Origin: Dehalococcoidia bacterium
GTDB lineage: Bacteria; Chloroflexota; Dehalococcoidia; Plut-88900
Reading direction: 5' to 3'
Assembly (NCBI GenBank): GCA_965197645.1
Contig: OZ240219.1
Location: forward strand, 512,001-576,000
Length of the DNA stretch: 64,000 nucleotides
Part shown: piece after piece, positions 28,481 through 37,485 of the stretch
Position numbering within the stretch: position 1 is the stretch's first letter
How the letters are laid out: each line of letters starts with the position of its first letter
The notes under the pieces: generated by a model
Database searches by the model: none
What the model saw: only the letters and a program-made list of their open reading frames with translations
What the model was told of the DNA's origin: nothing
Made by a program: the position numbers and the translations under genes

Positions 28481-28589
28481 GTTGGTCCGTTCGATCCAGA
28501 TGAATGGTGGAGATGATATTCTACCATCAGATTCCACCTCATTGGTGGAATTTGCCCGCAAGGTTTCCGTATCGGGCGCCTCTTGATCC

Positions 28590-30161
28590 CTACGATCTCG
28601 AGAATGCCTGCCCAAAGTGCTTCAGGCCGCTGCGGATGGGACCGGGCGCCATCTGACCCAGGCCGCACAGCGAGCCGAACTGGACAACGTCGCTGAGATA
28701 GTCCAGATCGTTCAAATCGGAGTCCGTGCCGCGTCCCTCGGAGAGGCCGTCCAGGATGTCCAGCATCCGCTTGGTGCCCTCCCGGCAGGGGGTACACTTG
28801 CTGCACGACTCGTCGGCATTGTAGGCTGCCAGCCGGCGCACGACGTCGAGGATGGATACCGTATCGTCCAGCACGGTGATCCCCCCCGATCCCAGGACCG
28901 CCCCGGACTCGTCCAGCATGCCCGGCCCGATGGGAGTGTCCAGCATGGACGCCGGCAACAGCCCGCCTGAAGGGCCACCGGCGACCACTCCAATGACCTG
29001 GTGTCCATCCGGCGGGCCGCCACCTACACCGTTCACGATCTCTCCGATGGTAGTTCCCATCTCCACCTCCACCAGCCCAGGTCTCCGTACTCGACCGCTC
29101 AGCGATATGAGCTTGGTGCCCTTGGAAGCTTCGGTGCCCATCTCCGGGTAGTCAGAATGATCGGGCTTGAAGATGCCGGGGAGGTTGGCCAGGGTCTCGA
29201 CGTTGTTGATGACGGTGGGCTGGCCCCACAGGCCAGACTCCACGGGAAAGGGAGGCCTGGTCCGGGGCACGTTGCGCTGGCCCTCTATGCTGTTCATCAG
29301 GGCGCTCTCCTCGCCCAGCACGTAGCCCCCCGCACCCCGCCGCACGTCTACGCGGAACCCGAACTCGGTGCCCAGTATCCCATCTCCTATTAGGTCATCA
29401 GCCTCGGCCCGTGCCAGCGCCTCCTCGACCCGCTTGGCGGAGAGGTGCGCCTCTCCATTGATATACAGGTGCGCTGTCTCCGCTCCGATGGCGTAAGCAG
29501 CAATGGCGATCCCTTCCAGCAACCGGTACGGGTCGCCCTCCATGATGTGGCGGTCTTTGTAGATGCCGGGCTCCCCCTCCTCGGCGTTGATGATGAGGTA
29601 GCGAGGACTCCTGCCGGTGTCCCGAGCGCCCCGCCACTTGACGGCTGCCGGGAAGTAGGCGCCACCCCGCCCCCTCAGGTCCAGCTCCGTCACCTTGTCG
29701 ATGACTTGCTCCGGAGACATCGTACTCAGCACGGCGTCCAGGGCCGAGTACCCTCCCAGCGCTACGTACTCGTTCAGATCGGTAGCATCGATGCGGCCCA
29801 CGTTCCGGAGCACCAGCCTGGACTGCCCCTCCCAGCCAGCCTTCCACTCCAAGCCCGGCTCGGGTTGTCCATCCAAGAAGCTCTTAACGAGATTGGGGAG
29901 ATTCTCGGGGCGCGTGTTGGGCAGGCGGTACACGGCGCCGTCTTCGGTCTCGATGATCACCACCGGGGCCTGATAGCACGCCCCGTCGCATCCGGCTACA
30001 ACCAATGACGGTTGCGGATTACCTTTGACTATCTCCTCCCGGAGGTGATCGACGATAGCGGCTGCTCCGACCGATCGACTACAGCCCCCGACCTGCACTA
30101 TCACCCTTGGATAGGAGGGCGCGGCGGCATCGGCCCGACTCTTCAGCTCGGCGTAGTTCAC
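28590..30161 (-). CDS. NuoF/FdsB-like FMN/NADH-binding subunit with N-terminal thioredoxin-like Fe-S domain
   Basis: LRGRGGAYFP, NAEEGEPG, GEESAL, NNVET, ESCSKCTPCREG, SLCGLG; GTGA overlap with the nuoE-like gene. Confidence 0.9.
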   Translation of the reverse strand: MNYAELKSRADAAAPSYPRVIVQVGGCSRSVGAAAIVDHLREEIVKGNPQPSLVVAGCDGACYQAPVVIIETEDGAVYRLPNTRPENLPNLVKSFLDGQPEPGLEWKAGWEGQSRLVLRNVGRIDATDLNEYVALGGYSALDAVLSTMSPEQVIDKVTELDLRGRGGAYFPAAVKWRGARDTGRSPRYLIINAEEGEPGIYKDRHIMEGDPYRLLEGIAIAAYAIGAETAHLYINGEAHLSAKRVEEALARAEADDLIGDGILGTEFGFRVDVRRGAGGYVLGEESALMNSIEGQRNVPRTRPPFPVESGLWGQPTVINNVETLANLPGIFKPDHSDYPEMGTEASKGTKLISLSGRVRRPGLVEVEMGTTIGEIVNGVGGGPPDGHQVIGVVAGGPSGGLLPASMLDTPIGPGMLDESGAVLGSGGITVLDDTVSILDVVRRLAAYNADESCSKCTPCREGTKRMLDILDGLSEGRGTDSDLNDLDYLSDVVQFGSLCGLGQMAPGPIRSGLKHFGQAFSRS

Positions 30162-30622
30162 CCGCCGGCCCCGATCAGGCCTCGGAGCCTGGCGAGTGCA
30201 ACTTCCCGCGTCATTCTGCCGGCCACGTGCCCATCCCACTCGATTGCCGGGGCCAAGGCGCAGTCGAAGACACACGGCGTCTCCTCGAGGGTGAACTGGC
30301 CATCAGGAGTAGTCTCACCGACTCGGACGCCAAGATCGTGGGCCAGCGCCTCCAGTCCTTCTTCAGCCCCGTTCAGATGGCATTGAAGCCCGGTGCATAC
30401 CTTGACGATGTGCCTGCCCGGTTCGTCAAAGCGGAGCTCGGGATAGGACGAGGCCACACCATGGATCTCGCTTTTCGGTACCCGGAGATACGCTCCTATC
30501 TCCTCCATGGCCCAGCTCGGGAGATATCGGACCTCTTCCTGCACCGCTTGAAGGGCGGGCAACAGGTAGGTCCTACGGCGAGGGAACCTCCCCAGGACCT
30601 CCTTGATCCCTTCCCTATCCAC
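30158..30622 (-). CDS. NuoE/FdsG-like 2Fe-2S subunit
   Basis: LLPALQAVQEEVRYL, VCTGLQC..CVFDCALAP; GTG at 30622. Confidence 0.9.
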   Translation of the reverse strand: MDREGIKEVLGRFPRRRTYLLPALQAVQEEVRYLPSWAMEEIGAYLRVPKSEIHGVASSYPELRFDEPGRHIVKVCTGLQCHLNGAEEGLEALAHDLGVRVGETTPDGQFTLEETPCVFDCALAPAIEWDGHVAGRMTREVALARLRGLIGAGG

Positions 30623-32480
30623 CGGCGCCACCTGGAACAGACGATGAAACCGGGTCGGTGTCCAGCAGGTCCAAGATGTCCAGCTGGCGGAGCTTCTCCC
30701 GGGGAATCCTGCCGTCGGCGGTCCAGCCCCGGTCCCGATAGTAGTCGTCCACCATCGCATCCAGCTCGGTCCGGGCGAGCTGACGGCCGTCCTGGGATGC
30801 TTCGAAGATTCGGGGTGGAAGAGTGTCATCGGCCCGTGTCCAGCCCTGGCGAAGGTTGAACGCCTTCCTCAGGTTGTTTATCCGCTCCCCTACCCTTCGA
30901 AGCTGTTCGCCCGAGGTCTCCCAGCCGGTAACCAGCTCGTAGATGTGGGCCGCCTCCGAGTGAAAATCGGTAAAGCAGTTGCGCAGAAACTTGGACAGGA
31001 TCAGAGAGTCCAGGACAGCCGAGAAGTCCTCGCCCTGGGCTGCGAGCGTCCCTCGGTTGAGTTTGGAGTGTCCCCGCCCGTGAAGCGTAGAATGGCTTTG
31101 ATCCTTCAGATCGTAGTCGTAGGCCGATGACCTGTTGTGGCAAGCGCCCCTGGCGCTGACCGCTATGCCCAGGGCCAGGGTCTTGAGAGACCTGGGGTCA
31201 TATCCCGGCATCTCCAGCCCCTTTACGTTCATGGCCCAGTTCTCCGAGCCTTCGCCCATCGTCTCGGCGGCCCGTTTGCTCCCTTCCGCCAGCAGCTCTC
31301 CGATTCCCTCTCTCCTGCCGATGAGCTCGATGACCGATAGCAGGGCCTCGCCGTTGCCGAATCGCAGCTCGATGCCGTTGGTGTCCGAGGTGCTCAGCAG
31401 TCCCCGCTCGAAGGACTCCATGGCCCAGGCGACGGTCCCACCTGTGCTGATGGTGTCCATGCCCAGAGTGTCGCACAGGGCGGTGGCTCTGATTATGGCG
31501 TCCGGGTCGTCGATGCCACAGAGAGGGCCGAGGGCGAACAGGCTCTCATACTCCACCCGGTTCTTGACCTTGGTCCCGTTCTTGTCCCTGGCGCCGAAGA
31601 CGTGCTCCCAGTCCCGGAGGGCGCCGTTTCCTTCTCCGCCATCGACGAGGCGTTTCTGGAGGCTGTGGCCGCTGATGGAGGCCTCTCCCTCGAAGCTGGA
31701 GCGCTGAAAGTTGTACGAGGGCAGGGCCAAAACCTCGTTCAGGATGGAAAGGTTGGCCACCGTCCCCGGCCCACGATACTTGGCCGTGGGGAGACCCCTA
31801 CTCAGATCCTCTATGCGCTCGGCGACCTCAGCCAGCTCATCGGGGTGAGCAACGGTGGTGCTCTCGGTGCCCTTGAGGGCGATGGCCTTGAGGTTCTTGG
31901 ACCCCATCACAGCCCCGGCGCCGGTCCTGCCTGCCTGGCGTCCGCCGCTGGTAATGCAAGCGAACCGCACGAGGGCCTCACCGGCCGGGCCTATAGAGAT
32001 TACCCCGGCGTCTGGTTGGCCCAGCGAGTCCTTAACACGCTGCGACGCCGCTCCCGCTGGGAGTCCAACCAGACCCTCGGCGCTATGGAAACTGACATCT
32101 TCGTTATTGATCTCCAGGTATACGGGAGACCCGGCCTTACCTGTGATTACCAGGGCATCGAAGGGCATGCGGGTCAGTTCCTGAGCCGCAGGGCCCGAGG
32201 AGAGGGAGTCGCCTATGAATCCGGTCAACGGGGACTTGCAGGCAACGGCGAACTTGCTGGAGGCGGCGACGCTGGTGCCGCATAGCGGCCCGCTGGTGAA
32301 GATGATGGGGCTATCGGCCGAGTACGGGTCGGACTGCCGAGGAGAATGGGTGAGGAGCAGCCCTATCCCAAGTCCAACGCCCCCCAAAAGTCGCCACAGC
32401 AGACCCGGGTCCAGGGGGTCTATTCGCGCTTGCTGAGAGGTCAAGTCCACGTAGAGCGCGCTGCCGTGATATCCGTACAA
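30615..32480 (-). CDS. Aldehyde ferredoxin oxidoreductase family protein lacking the [4Fe-4S] cysteines
   Basis: KSPLTG, IGPAGE, GRTGAGAVMGSKNLKAI, EYE, GMDTIS, VKGLE, RGACH. Confidence 0.9.
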   Translation of the reverse strand: MYGYHGSALYVDLTSQQARIDPLDPGLLWRLLGGVGLGIGLLLTHSPRQSDPYSADSPIIFTSGPLCGTSVAASSKFAVACKSPLTGFIGDSLSSGPAAQELTRMPFDALVITGKAGSPVYLEINNEDVSFHSAEGLVGLPAGAASQRVKDSLGQPDAGVISIGPAGEALVRFACITSGGRQAGRTGAGAVMGSKNLKAIALKGTESTTVAHPDELAEVAERIEDLSRGLPTAKYRGPGTVANLSILNEVLALPSYNFQRSSFEGEASISGHSLQKRLVDGGEGNGALRDWEHVFGARDKNGTKVKNRVEYESLFALGPLCGIDDPDAIIRATALCDTLGMDTISTGGTVAWAMESFERGLLSTSDTNGIELRFGNGEALLSVIELIGRREGIGELLAEGSKRAAETMGEGSENWAMNVKGLEMPGYDPRSLKTLALGIAVSARGACHNRSSAYDYDLKDQSHSTLHGRGHSKLNRGTLAAQGEDFSAVLDSLILSKFLRNCFTDFHSEAAHIYELVTGWETSGEQLRRVGERINNLRKAFNLRQGWTRADDTLPPRIFEASQDGRQLARTELDAMVDDYYRDRGWTADGRIPREKLRQLDILDLLDTDPVSSSVPGGAGG

Positions 32481-32542
32481 AGGGGTCCTCCCAGGCTGGC
32501 GGGACAGCTATTATCTCCGTCGCCGATGACGGCCGTGCGGCG

Positions 32543-33157
32543 CTAGTCCTCTTCGTCGATCTGGGCCTGAAGAGCCAGCGCCTGGTCCAGGTCTTCCTGA
32601 GTGTTCACGTTGAAGAAGCTCAGATATTCTGGATCGAAGGCCTCGATATCATCTTCCTCCAGGTAGCCCACGTTCACATCATCGAAGAACTTGGCTATTT
32701 TCAGGTCACCGACCTTGAGATGGGATTCGATGGGCGCAAGGCAGTTCCTAGAATAGATGGCGTGGGTTGGCTCGGGACGGCCCTTGACCATGGGTACGAC
32801 GGCATCGTAATCCGAGGCGATGTCCATCATAAACCGGAGCAACTCTACATTGATGAAGGGCATGTCCACCCCCACCACCACTCCATACTCGCCGTTGGCC
32901 GCGGAGAGCCCGGTGAATATGCCGCCCAAAGACCCGCAGCCGGGGTAGAGGTCGGATTCGGTCCGGACCCAGGGCGGCAGAGAAAGGGCCTCGGCCTTGC
33001 TCTCCTCGGCCACGATGACGACGGTCTCGGATGTGATCTGAGAAAGGCGCTGTATCACCCTCTCGATGAGGGTCTGGCCACCCAGGTCCTCGATGGCCTT
33101 GTTCCTCCCGAGGCGCTTGCTCTGGCCACCCGCCAGGACCACGCCGCTTAGCTGCAT
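32543..33157 (-). CDS. mobA: Molybdenum cofactor guanylyltransferase
   Basis: LAGGQSKRLGRNKA, GSLGGI, DMPF, FFNVNT. Confidence 0.92.
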   Translation of the reverse strand: MQLSGVVLAGGQSKRLGRNKAIEDLGGQTLIERVIQRLSQITSETVVIVAEESKAEALSLPPWVRTESDLYPGCGSLGGIFTGLSAANGEYGVVVGVDMPFINVELLRFMMDIASDYDAVVPMVKGRPEPTHAIYSRNCLAPIESHLKVGDLKIAKFFDDVNVGYLEEDDIEAFDPEYLSFFNVNTQEDLDQALALQAQIDEED

Positions 33158-33302
33158 CCGTCCCCTCCCTGTAGGTCGGTCAAAGAAATTATAACTTCCG
33201 AACCCATCGCGGGCAATTACTATAACGTCTTCCCATGATCGACGGATGTGTCTGATATACTGTAATCCGTTTCACTTCGCTCCAGGACTGGCGCCTCTTT
33301 CA

Positions 33303-33923
33303 ATGCCCTCACCCATTCTCATAACCGTCTACTCCGACTACATCTGACCCTGGTGCTACATCACGGCCGTGCGCCTGGAGAAGGTGATGGAGAGGCATGA
33401 TGATCGGGTGGAGCTCCGCTGGAAGAGCTACGCCCTTGTCATGGGCCGGATAGAGCCCCAACCGATAACCGCCCATAGCCGGGAGGGCAGGCGGGAGGCC
33501 TCGAGAGCCGAGCCTGATGCTCTCTTCCAACCCTGGGACGAGTCCAAGCTCTACGTCAACTCCAGTCTCCCCGCCCTGGAAGCCGCCAAGTGTGCTCAGC
33601 TCCAGGGTCCCGACGCCTTTCGAGCGTACAACCCGGCCCTTTTCCGAGGTTTCTTCTCCGAAAGCAGGGACATCAGCGATCCGGCGGAGCTGATTAGTAT
33701 CGCCGGGCGCGCCGGGCTGGACGAGACCCGTTTCGAGAGCGATCTGAAGAGCGCAAAGCAAAGGGTGGCGGTGATACAGGAGCATCTGGAGCTGCTGTCC
33801 GAGTATGGTCAAGCGGCGTCCGGCGTGCCGATGATCATCGTTGACGGCCTGGAGCCGATAGTGGGCGCCGCCTCGGCGGACATCATCTCGCGTGTGGTGG
33901 ACCGGGCGCTGGAGCGCCGGTGA
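33303..33923 (+). CDS. Second DsbA/FrnE-like selenoprotein (UPWC)
   Basis: MPSPILITVYSDYI-TGA(33345)-PWCYI, in frame with ORF 33369; C-terminal SGVP cis-Pro loop. Confidence 0.88.
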
Positions 33924-33927
33924 GCCG

Positions 33928-34236
33928 ATGACGGTAATGCGAGTGTTCATATTGACGCCCCTGCAGAGCCAGGAGGCGCCCGTCTCCAATCTGCTGAACG
34001 CCCTGGATGGCGTTTTCGCCGGGCTGGAGGGCTACGTACTGGGGCTGCAGTTCACCGGCATCGATGACTCGCCGGAGGTGGGGCGGATATTCGTCTGGGA
34101 CAACCGGGAAACGGCGGACCGGGGAGAAGCCTCGGCGGAAGCTACATCGATCTTCCAGAGGCTTGCAGAGCTGTCCCAAAGCGGGGCCACGGAGACCACT
34201 TACCAGCTCCTGGGGTACGCCCTCAAGCCCCGCTAG
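33928..34236 (+). CDS. Hypothetical protein, possibly ABM-like ferredoxin fold
   Basis: ATG 4 nt after the DsbA stop; GRIFVWDNRETAD pattern. Confidence 0.55.
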   Translation: MTVMRVFILTPLQSQEAPVSNLLNALDGVFAGLEGYVLGLQFTGIDDSPEVGRIFVWDNRETADRGEASAEATSIFQRLAELSQSGATETTYQLLGYALKPR

Positions 34237-34316
34237 TCCGGGCCGAGTATTGCCAACCAGCAAGGCTAAATGTTATATTGTGCACTACATCACATATTCA
34301 AGGCGGAGGGGACTGA

Positions 34317-34529
34317 GTGGAACAGGCAACTTTTCCAAAGTGTCAGAATTGCCAGGAGGGGGATCTCTTACCCCTATCGGACTTCGGAAGCCAGGGGGCT
34401 GCTATTCACTATAAGGCATGGGTATGCAGCAACCCGTCTTGCGGTTACAACTTGAAAATTCGCAACGGGGACGTGTTCATAAACGAGCCGATTGGCAGCG
34501 GAGTAGGCCACACCCAGCGCATTAGATAG
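34317..34529 (+). CDS. Small zinc-ribbon protein
   Basis: CQNC..LLPLSDFG..WVCSNPSC; RBS GGAGG. Confidence 0.7.
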   Translation: MEQATFPKCQNCQEGDLLPLSDFGSQGAAIHYKAWVCSNPSCGYNLKIRNGDVFINEPIGSGVGHTQRIR

Positions 34530-34638
34530 ACCAGACCGGACCACCAGAGATTGGGTCCGGCGTTACAATAACCTGCTCTGGGGACATGTCGGAGGTGGCC
34601 CGGTAGCCTCCCCCATACAGGATGCCGGTGTCAGGCGG

Positions 34639-35436
34639 ATGAGATTTAGCTCGTCAACGGTGCTAAAGAGCAGGCGGCTCTCCAGGTCCTACGGCTACTC
34701 TCTGATACTCATCGGCGTCATCCTCCTGGCCGCATCTGGTGCATACTTCATATACTCCCAGATGGCTCAGGCGGAGCTTGAGAACGACAACGTTTCGGTC
34801 CCCCTGCAGCAGTCTGATCTCCCCACCGGCTTCCAGCGGGTCGATCCCGATGGGGGGGCCATACTAGACACATCCGATGGAGCCGAACAAGGCGATCAAT
34901 GGCCCATCCCAACCACCGATCAGTACGCCCCTGTAGAGTGGGCGTCTCTCCCGGGAACGATAGGTGCCCTGCCCCGGGCGACCCGTCTCTCCATACCCGC
35001 CATCGACGTTAGCTCTCCCATCGTAGACCTGAAGACGGTTTGGGAGGACGGGAACCTGGTCTGGAAAAGACCGGTGAACGCCGTCGGTCACCACCATGGT
35101 ACTCCCCATCCCGGCGAGGCGGGCAACATAGTCATGTCCGGTCACCGCAGCAGTCTATTTCAAGGGGAGGGAGCGGTGTTCCGTCGGCTCGGCGAGGTGC
35201 CCCACCTGCTTCGAGGCGCCCAGCCCGACACCAACGCCATCGACATCTTCCTACATACCCACGAGAAGGTATACGTCTACCGGATCGTAAGCACCCGGGT
35301 GGTGGAGCCCGAGCAGGTGGACGTTTTCAGATACACTCCCGAGCCGACCCTCACCCTGATAACCTGCACTCCGGACTTGGTCTACAGTCACCGGCTCATC
35401 GTGACCGCCATACTGATCGCCACGGTATCCGCCTGA
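34639..35436 (+). CDS. Sortase
   Basis: N-terminal TM; RLSIPAI, PGEAGNIVMSGHR, LTLITC, HRL triad. Confidence 0.92.
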   Translation: MRFSSSTVLKSRRLSRSYGYSLILIGVILLAASGAYFIYSQMAQAELENDNVSVPLQQSDLPTGFQRVDPDGGAILDTSDGAEQGDQWPIPTTDQYAPVEWASLPGTIGALPRATRLSIPAIDVSSPIVDLKTVWEDGNLVWKRPVNAVGHHHGTPHPGEAGNIVMSGHRSSLFQGEGAVFRRLGEVPHLLRGAQPDTNAIDIFLHTHEKVYVYRIVSTRVVEPEQVDVFRYTPEPTLTLITCTPDLVYSHRLIVTAILIATVSA

Positions 35437-35669
35437 GCCGTGCTTGGACGCAAGCAAACCTTCATGGCCGCTCCCCTTGGACAGCGGGGTTACCTTGCAA
35501 TGGAGGGGAGTCCGGCGGTAGGAAAAGAGCTTAAGGGATGAAATTCTTCCGCAATCAGAGCAAAACTACCCTCCAGACCCCCTCCATGCATGGCGGTGAA
35601 GCTGCCGGAGCCATCGTGGTAGGCGATGGTATGAACCTATCCTCTGAGGTGGTGCGACAGGCTGAAAAA

Positions 35670-35698
35670 TTGCACCCCATATACCCAGATGCTATAAT
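35670..35698 (+). promoter_or_regulatory. Putative sigma70 promoter of rph
   Basis: TTGCAC-17-TATAAT with TG extension. Confidence 0.65.
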
Positions 35699-35735
35699 TC
35701 GTGGGTTTGCAGCCGGCGGTTGGCGGGAATAGAAA

Positions 35736-36479
35736 TTGGTCGTCAGAGTCGATGGAAGAGGACCTAACGATCTCCGCCCGGTGAGGATAAAGAAGGGGAT
35801 TCAAGCCTTCGCGGAAGGCTCGGCAATGATAACCCAGGGCCGGACGAGGGTCCTTTGCACCGTAAGCGTGGAGAACAAAGTCCCGCCTTTTCTCCGTGGC
35901 CAGGGACGAGGATGGGTTACCGCAGAGTACGGCATGTTGCCCAGGGCGACCCCAGAACGCACCCCTCGGGAGGCGGCCCGAGGAAGGCAGAGCGGCCGCA
36001 GCCTGGAGATCCAGCGGCTCATCGGCAGGTCCCTCAGGGCGGTTATGGACCTGGAGATGTTGGGAGAACGTACCCTGACCGTGGACTGCGATGTCCTACA
36101 AGCCGATGGTGGCACCCGGACCGCTTCCATAACGGGCGCCTACGTGGCCCTGCATGAGGCGGTAATGGCCCTGGGCATAGGAGGCGATAAGTCTCCCATT
36201 ATCGGAGCGGTTGCCGGCGTCAGCGCCGGAATTGTGGACGGCACCACGCTGTTGGACCTGTGCTACGCCGAAGACTCCCGGGCAGAGTTGGACTTCAACG
36301 TGGTAATGACCGACAAGGACGAGCTTGTCGAGGTCCAGGGAACGGCGGAGGGGAAGCCCTTTTCCAGGGCGGATATGGACTCGATTCTCGAGCTAACAGG
36401 CGCAGGACTGAAACGGCTTTTCGATCTGCAGAAGCAGTCCATCGGCGCGGCCCTGTCCCCCGGCCAGACTGCTCCCTAG
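35736..36479 (+). CDS. rph: Ribonuclease PH
   Basis: [41 protein letters not shown]. Confidence 0.97.
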   Translation: MVVRVDGRGPNDLRPVRIKKGIQAFAEGSAMITQGRTRVLCTVSVENKVPPFLRGQGRGWVTAEYGMLPRATPERTPREAARGRQSGRSLEIQRLIGRSLRAVMDLEMLGERTLTVDCDVLQADGGTRTASITGAYVALHEAVMALGIGGDKSPIIGAVAGVSAGIVDGTTLLDLCYAEDSRAELDFNVVMTDKDELVEVQGTAEGKPFSRADMDSILELTGAGLKRLFDLQKQSIGAALSPGQTAP

Positions 36480-36531
36480 CTCCCTCGTCTCATCTTCACG
36501 TGATTGACGGCTTTCAACTACACGCAAGTCT

Positions 36532-37485
36532 ATGAAAGTTACCGAAATTTTCCACCGCAGAGCCGCCAACGGGAAGCCCCCCAGCGCCCATCCCACCTCT
36601 GCCATGATTCGCCATCTTGGTAAGGGCATAGTCCGCGATTTTCTCACCTTCAACGTACCCCACATGGCCGCGTCCATCGCCTTCTGGGGCTTCTTCTCAA
36701 TCTTCCCCATGGTGCTGGCAATAGTGCTGCTCACTAGCAGCTTTCTCTCGTATGACAGCTTCATCGAGACTCTAAGTGATAACGTTCCCGTCTCCGACAA
36801 GGAGTTCATCCGGGACACGTTGGAAGGCGTCACCGAAAACTGGCCCTACACCGGATTAGTGTCTGTCATCGGTCTGGTATGGGCTTCTCTGGCCGTATTC
36901 TCCGCTGTCAGGAAGGGGATGAATGCCGCCTGGGGGGTAACCAGGGCTAGGCCGTTCTTCAGGGAGCGCCTGATCGATTTTAGCTTGATGATGGGCGCCT
37001 GGCTAACCTTCGTAGCCTCGGTAGCCATAACCCCAGTCCTGGAGTTCACCAGGAACGCCCCGCACGTGGGCCGGTTCTTTACGTGGGAGGGGTACTGGGA
37101 GTTGTTCCGGATATTACTCCCTCTGGTCCTGACTACCTTCGTTTTCATGTTCCTGTATCGTTTCGTGCCGAACACCCAGGTGCGGTGGCGAGACGTGTGG
37201 GTCGGTGCGCTGCTCGCCGCTGTATCCTTCGAGGTGTTGCGCCACGGCTTCGTGTGGTATGTCGGAATGTTCTCCGTCTACCACCTGGTCTACGGCACCG
37301 CGGCGACCATGGTGGTGCTGCTGGCCTGGGTCTACTTCTCGGGCGTGGTCCTCCTTTTCGGGGCCGTCGTAGCATCCCGGATGAACAAGCTGAGGAGAAT
37401 GAGGGAGTTGAACGGCTCCACCCACATCGCCTCGTCCCACTTGGACGTGGATATGCTGATCCTCACGAAGACGAAGGATGGGTAG
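36532..37485 (+). CDS. YihY/virulence factor BrkB family membrane protein
   Basis: AASIAFWGFFSIFP, LYRFVPN, VYGT..LAWVY; alternative start 36604. Confidence 0.9.
   Translation: MKVTEIFHRRAANGKPPSAHPTSAMIRHLGKGIVRDFLTFNVPHMAASIAFWGFFSIFPMVLAIVLLTSSFLSYDSFIETLSDNVPVSDKEFIRDTLEGVTENWPYTGLVSVIGLVWASLAVFSAVRKGMNAAWGVTRARPFFRERLIDFSLMMGAWLTFVASVAITPVLEFTRNAPHVGRFFTWEGYWELFRILLPLVLTTFVFMFLYRFVPNTQVRWRDVWVGALLAAVSFEVLRHGFVWYVGMFSVYHLVYGTAATMVVLLAWVYFSGVVLLFGAVVASRMNKLRRMRELNGSTHIASSHLDVDMLILTKTKDG

Noticed and set aside
35445-35495. c-di-GMP-I riboswitch-like words (GGACGCAAGC..AGCGGGGTTACC)
   Set aside because: The GAAA tetraloop stem and receptor are not recognisable; an Rfam scan would settle it
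35538-35732. 64-aa ORF upstream of rph
   Set aside because: No recognisable motif and it overlaps the rph promoter
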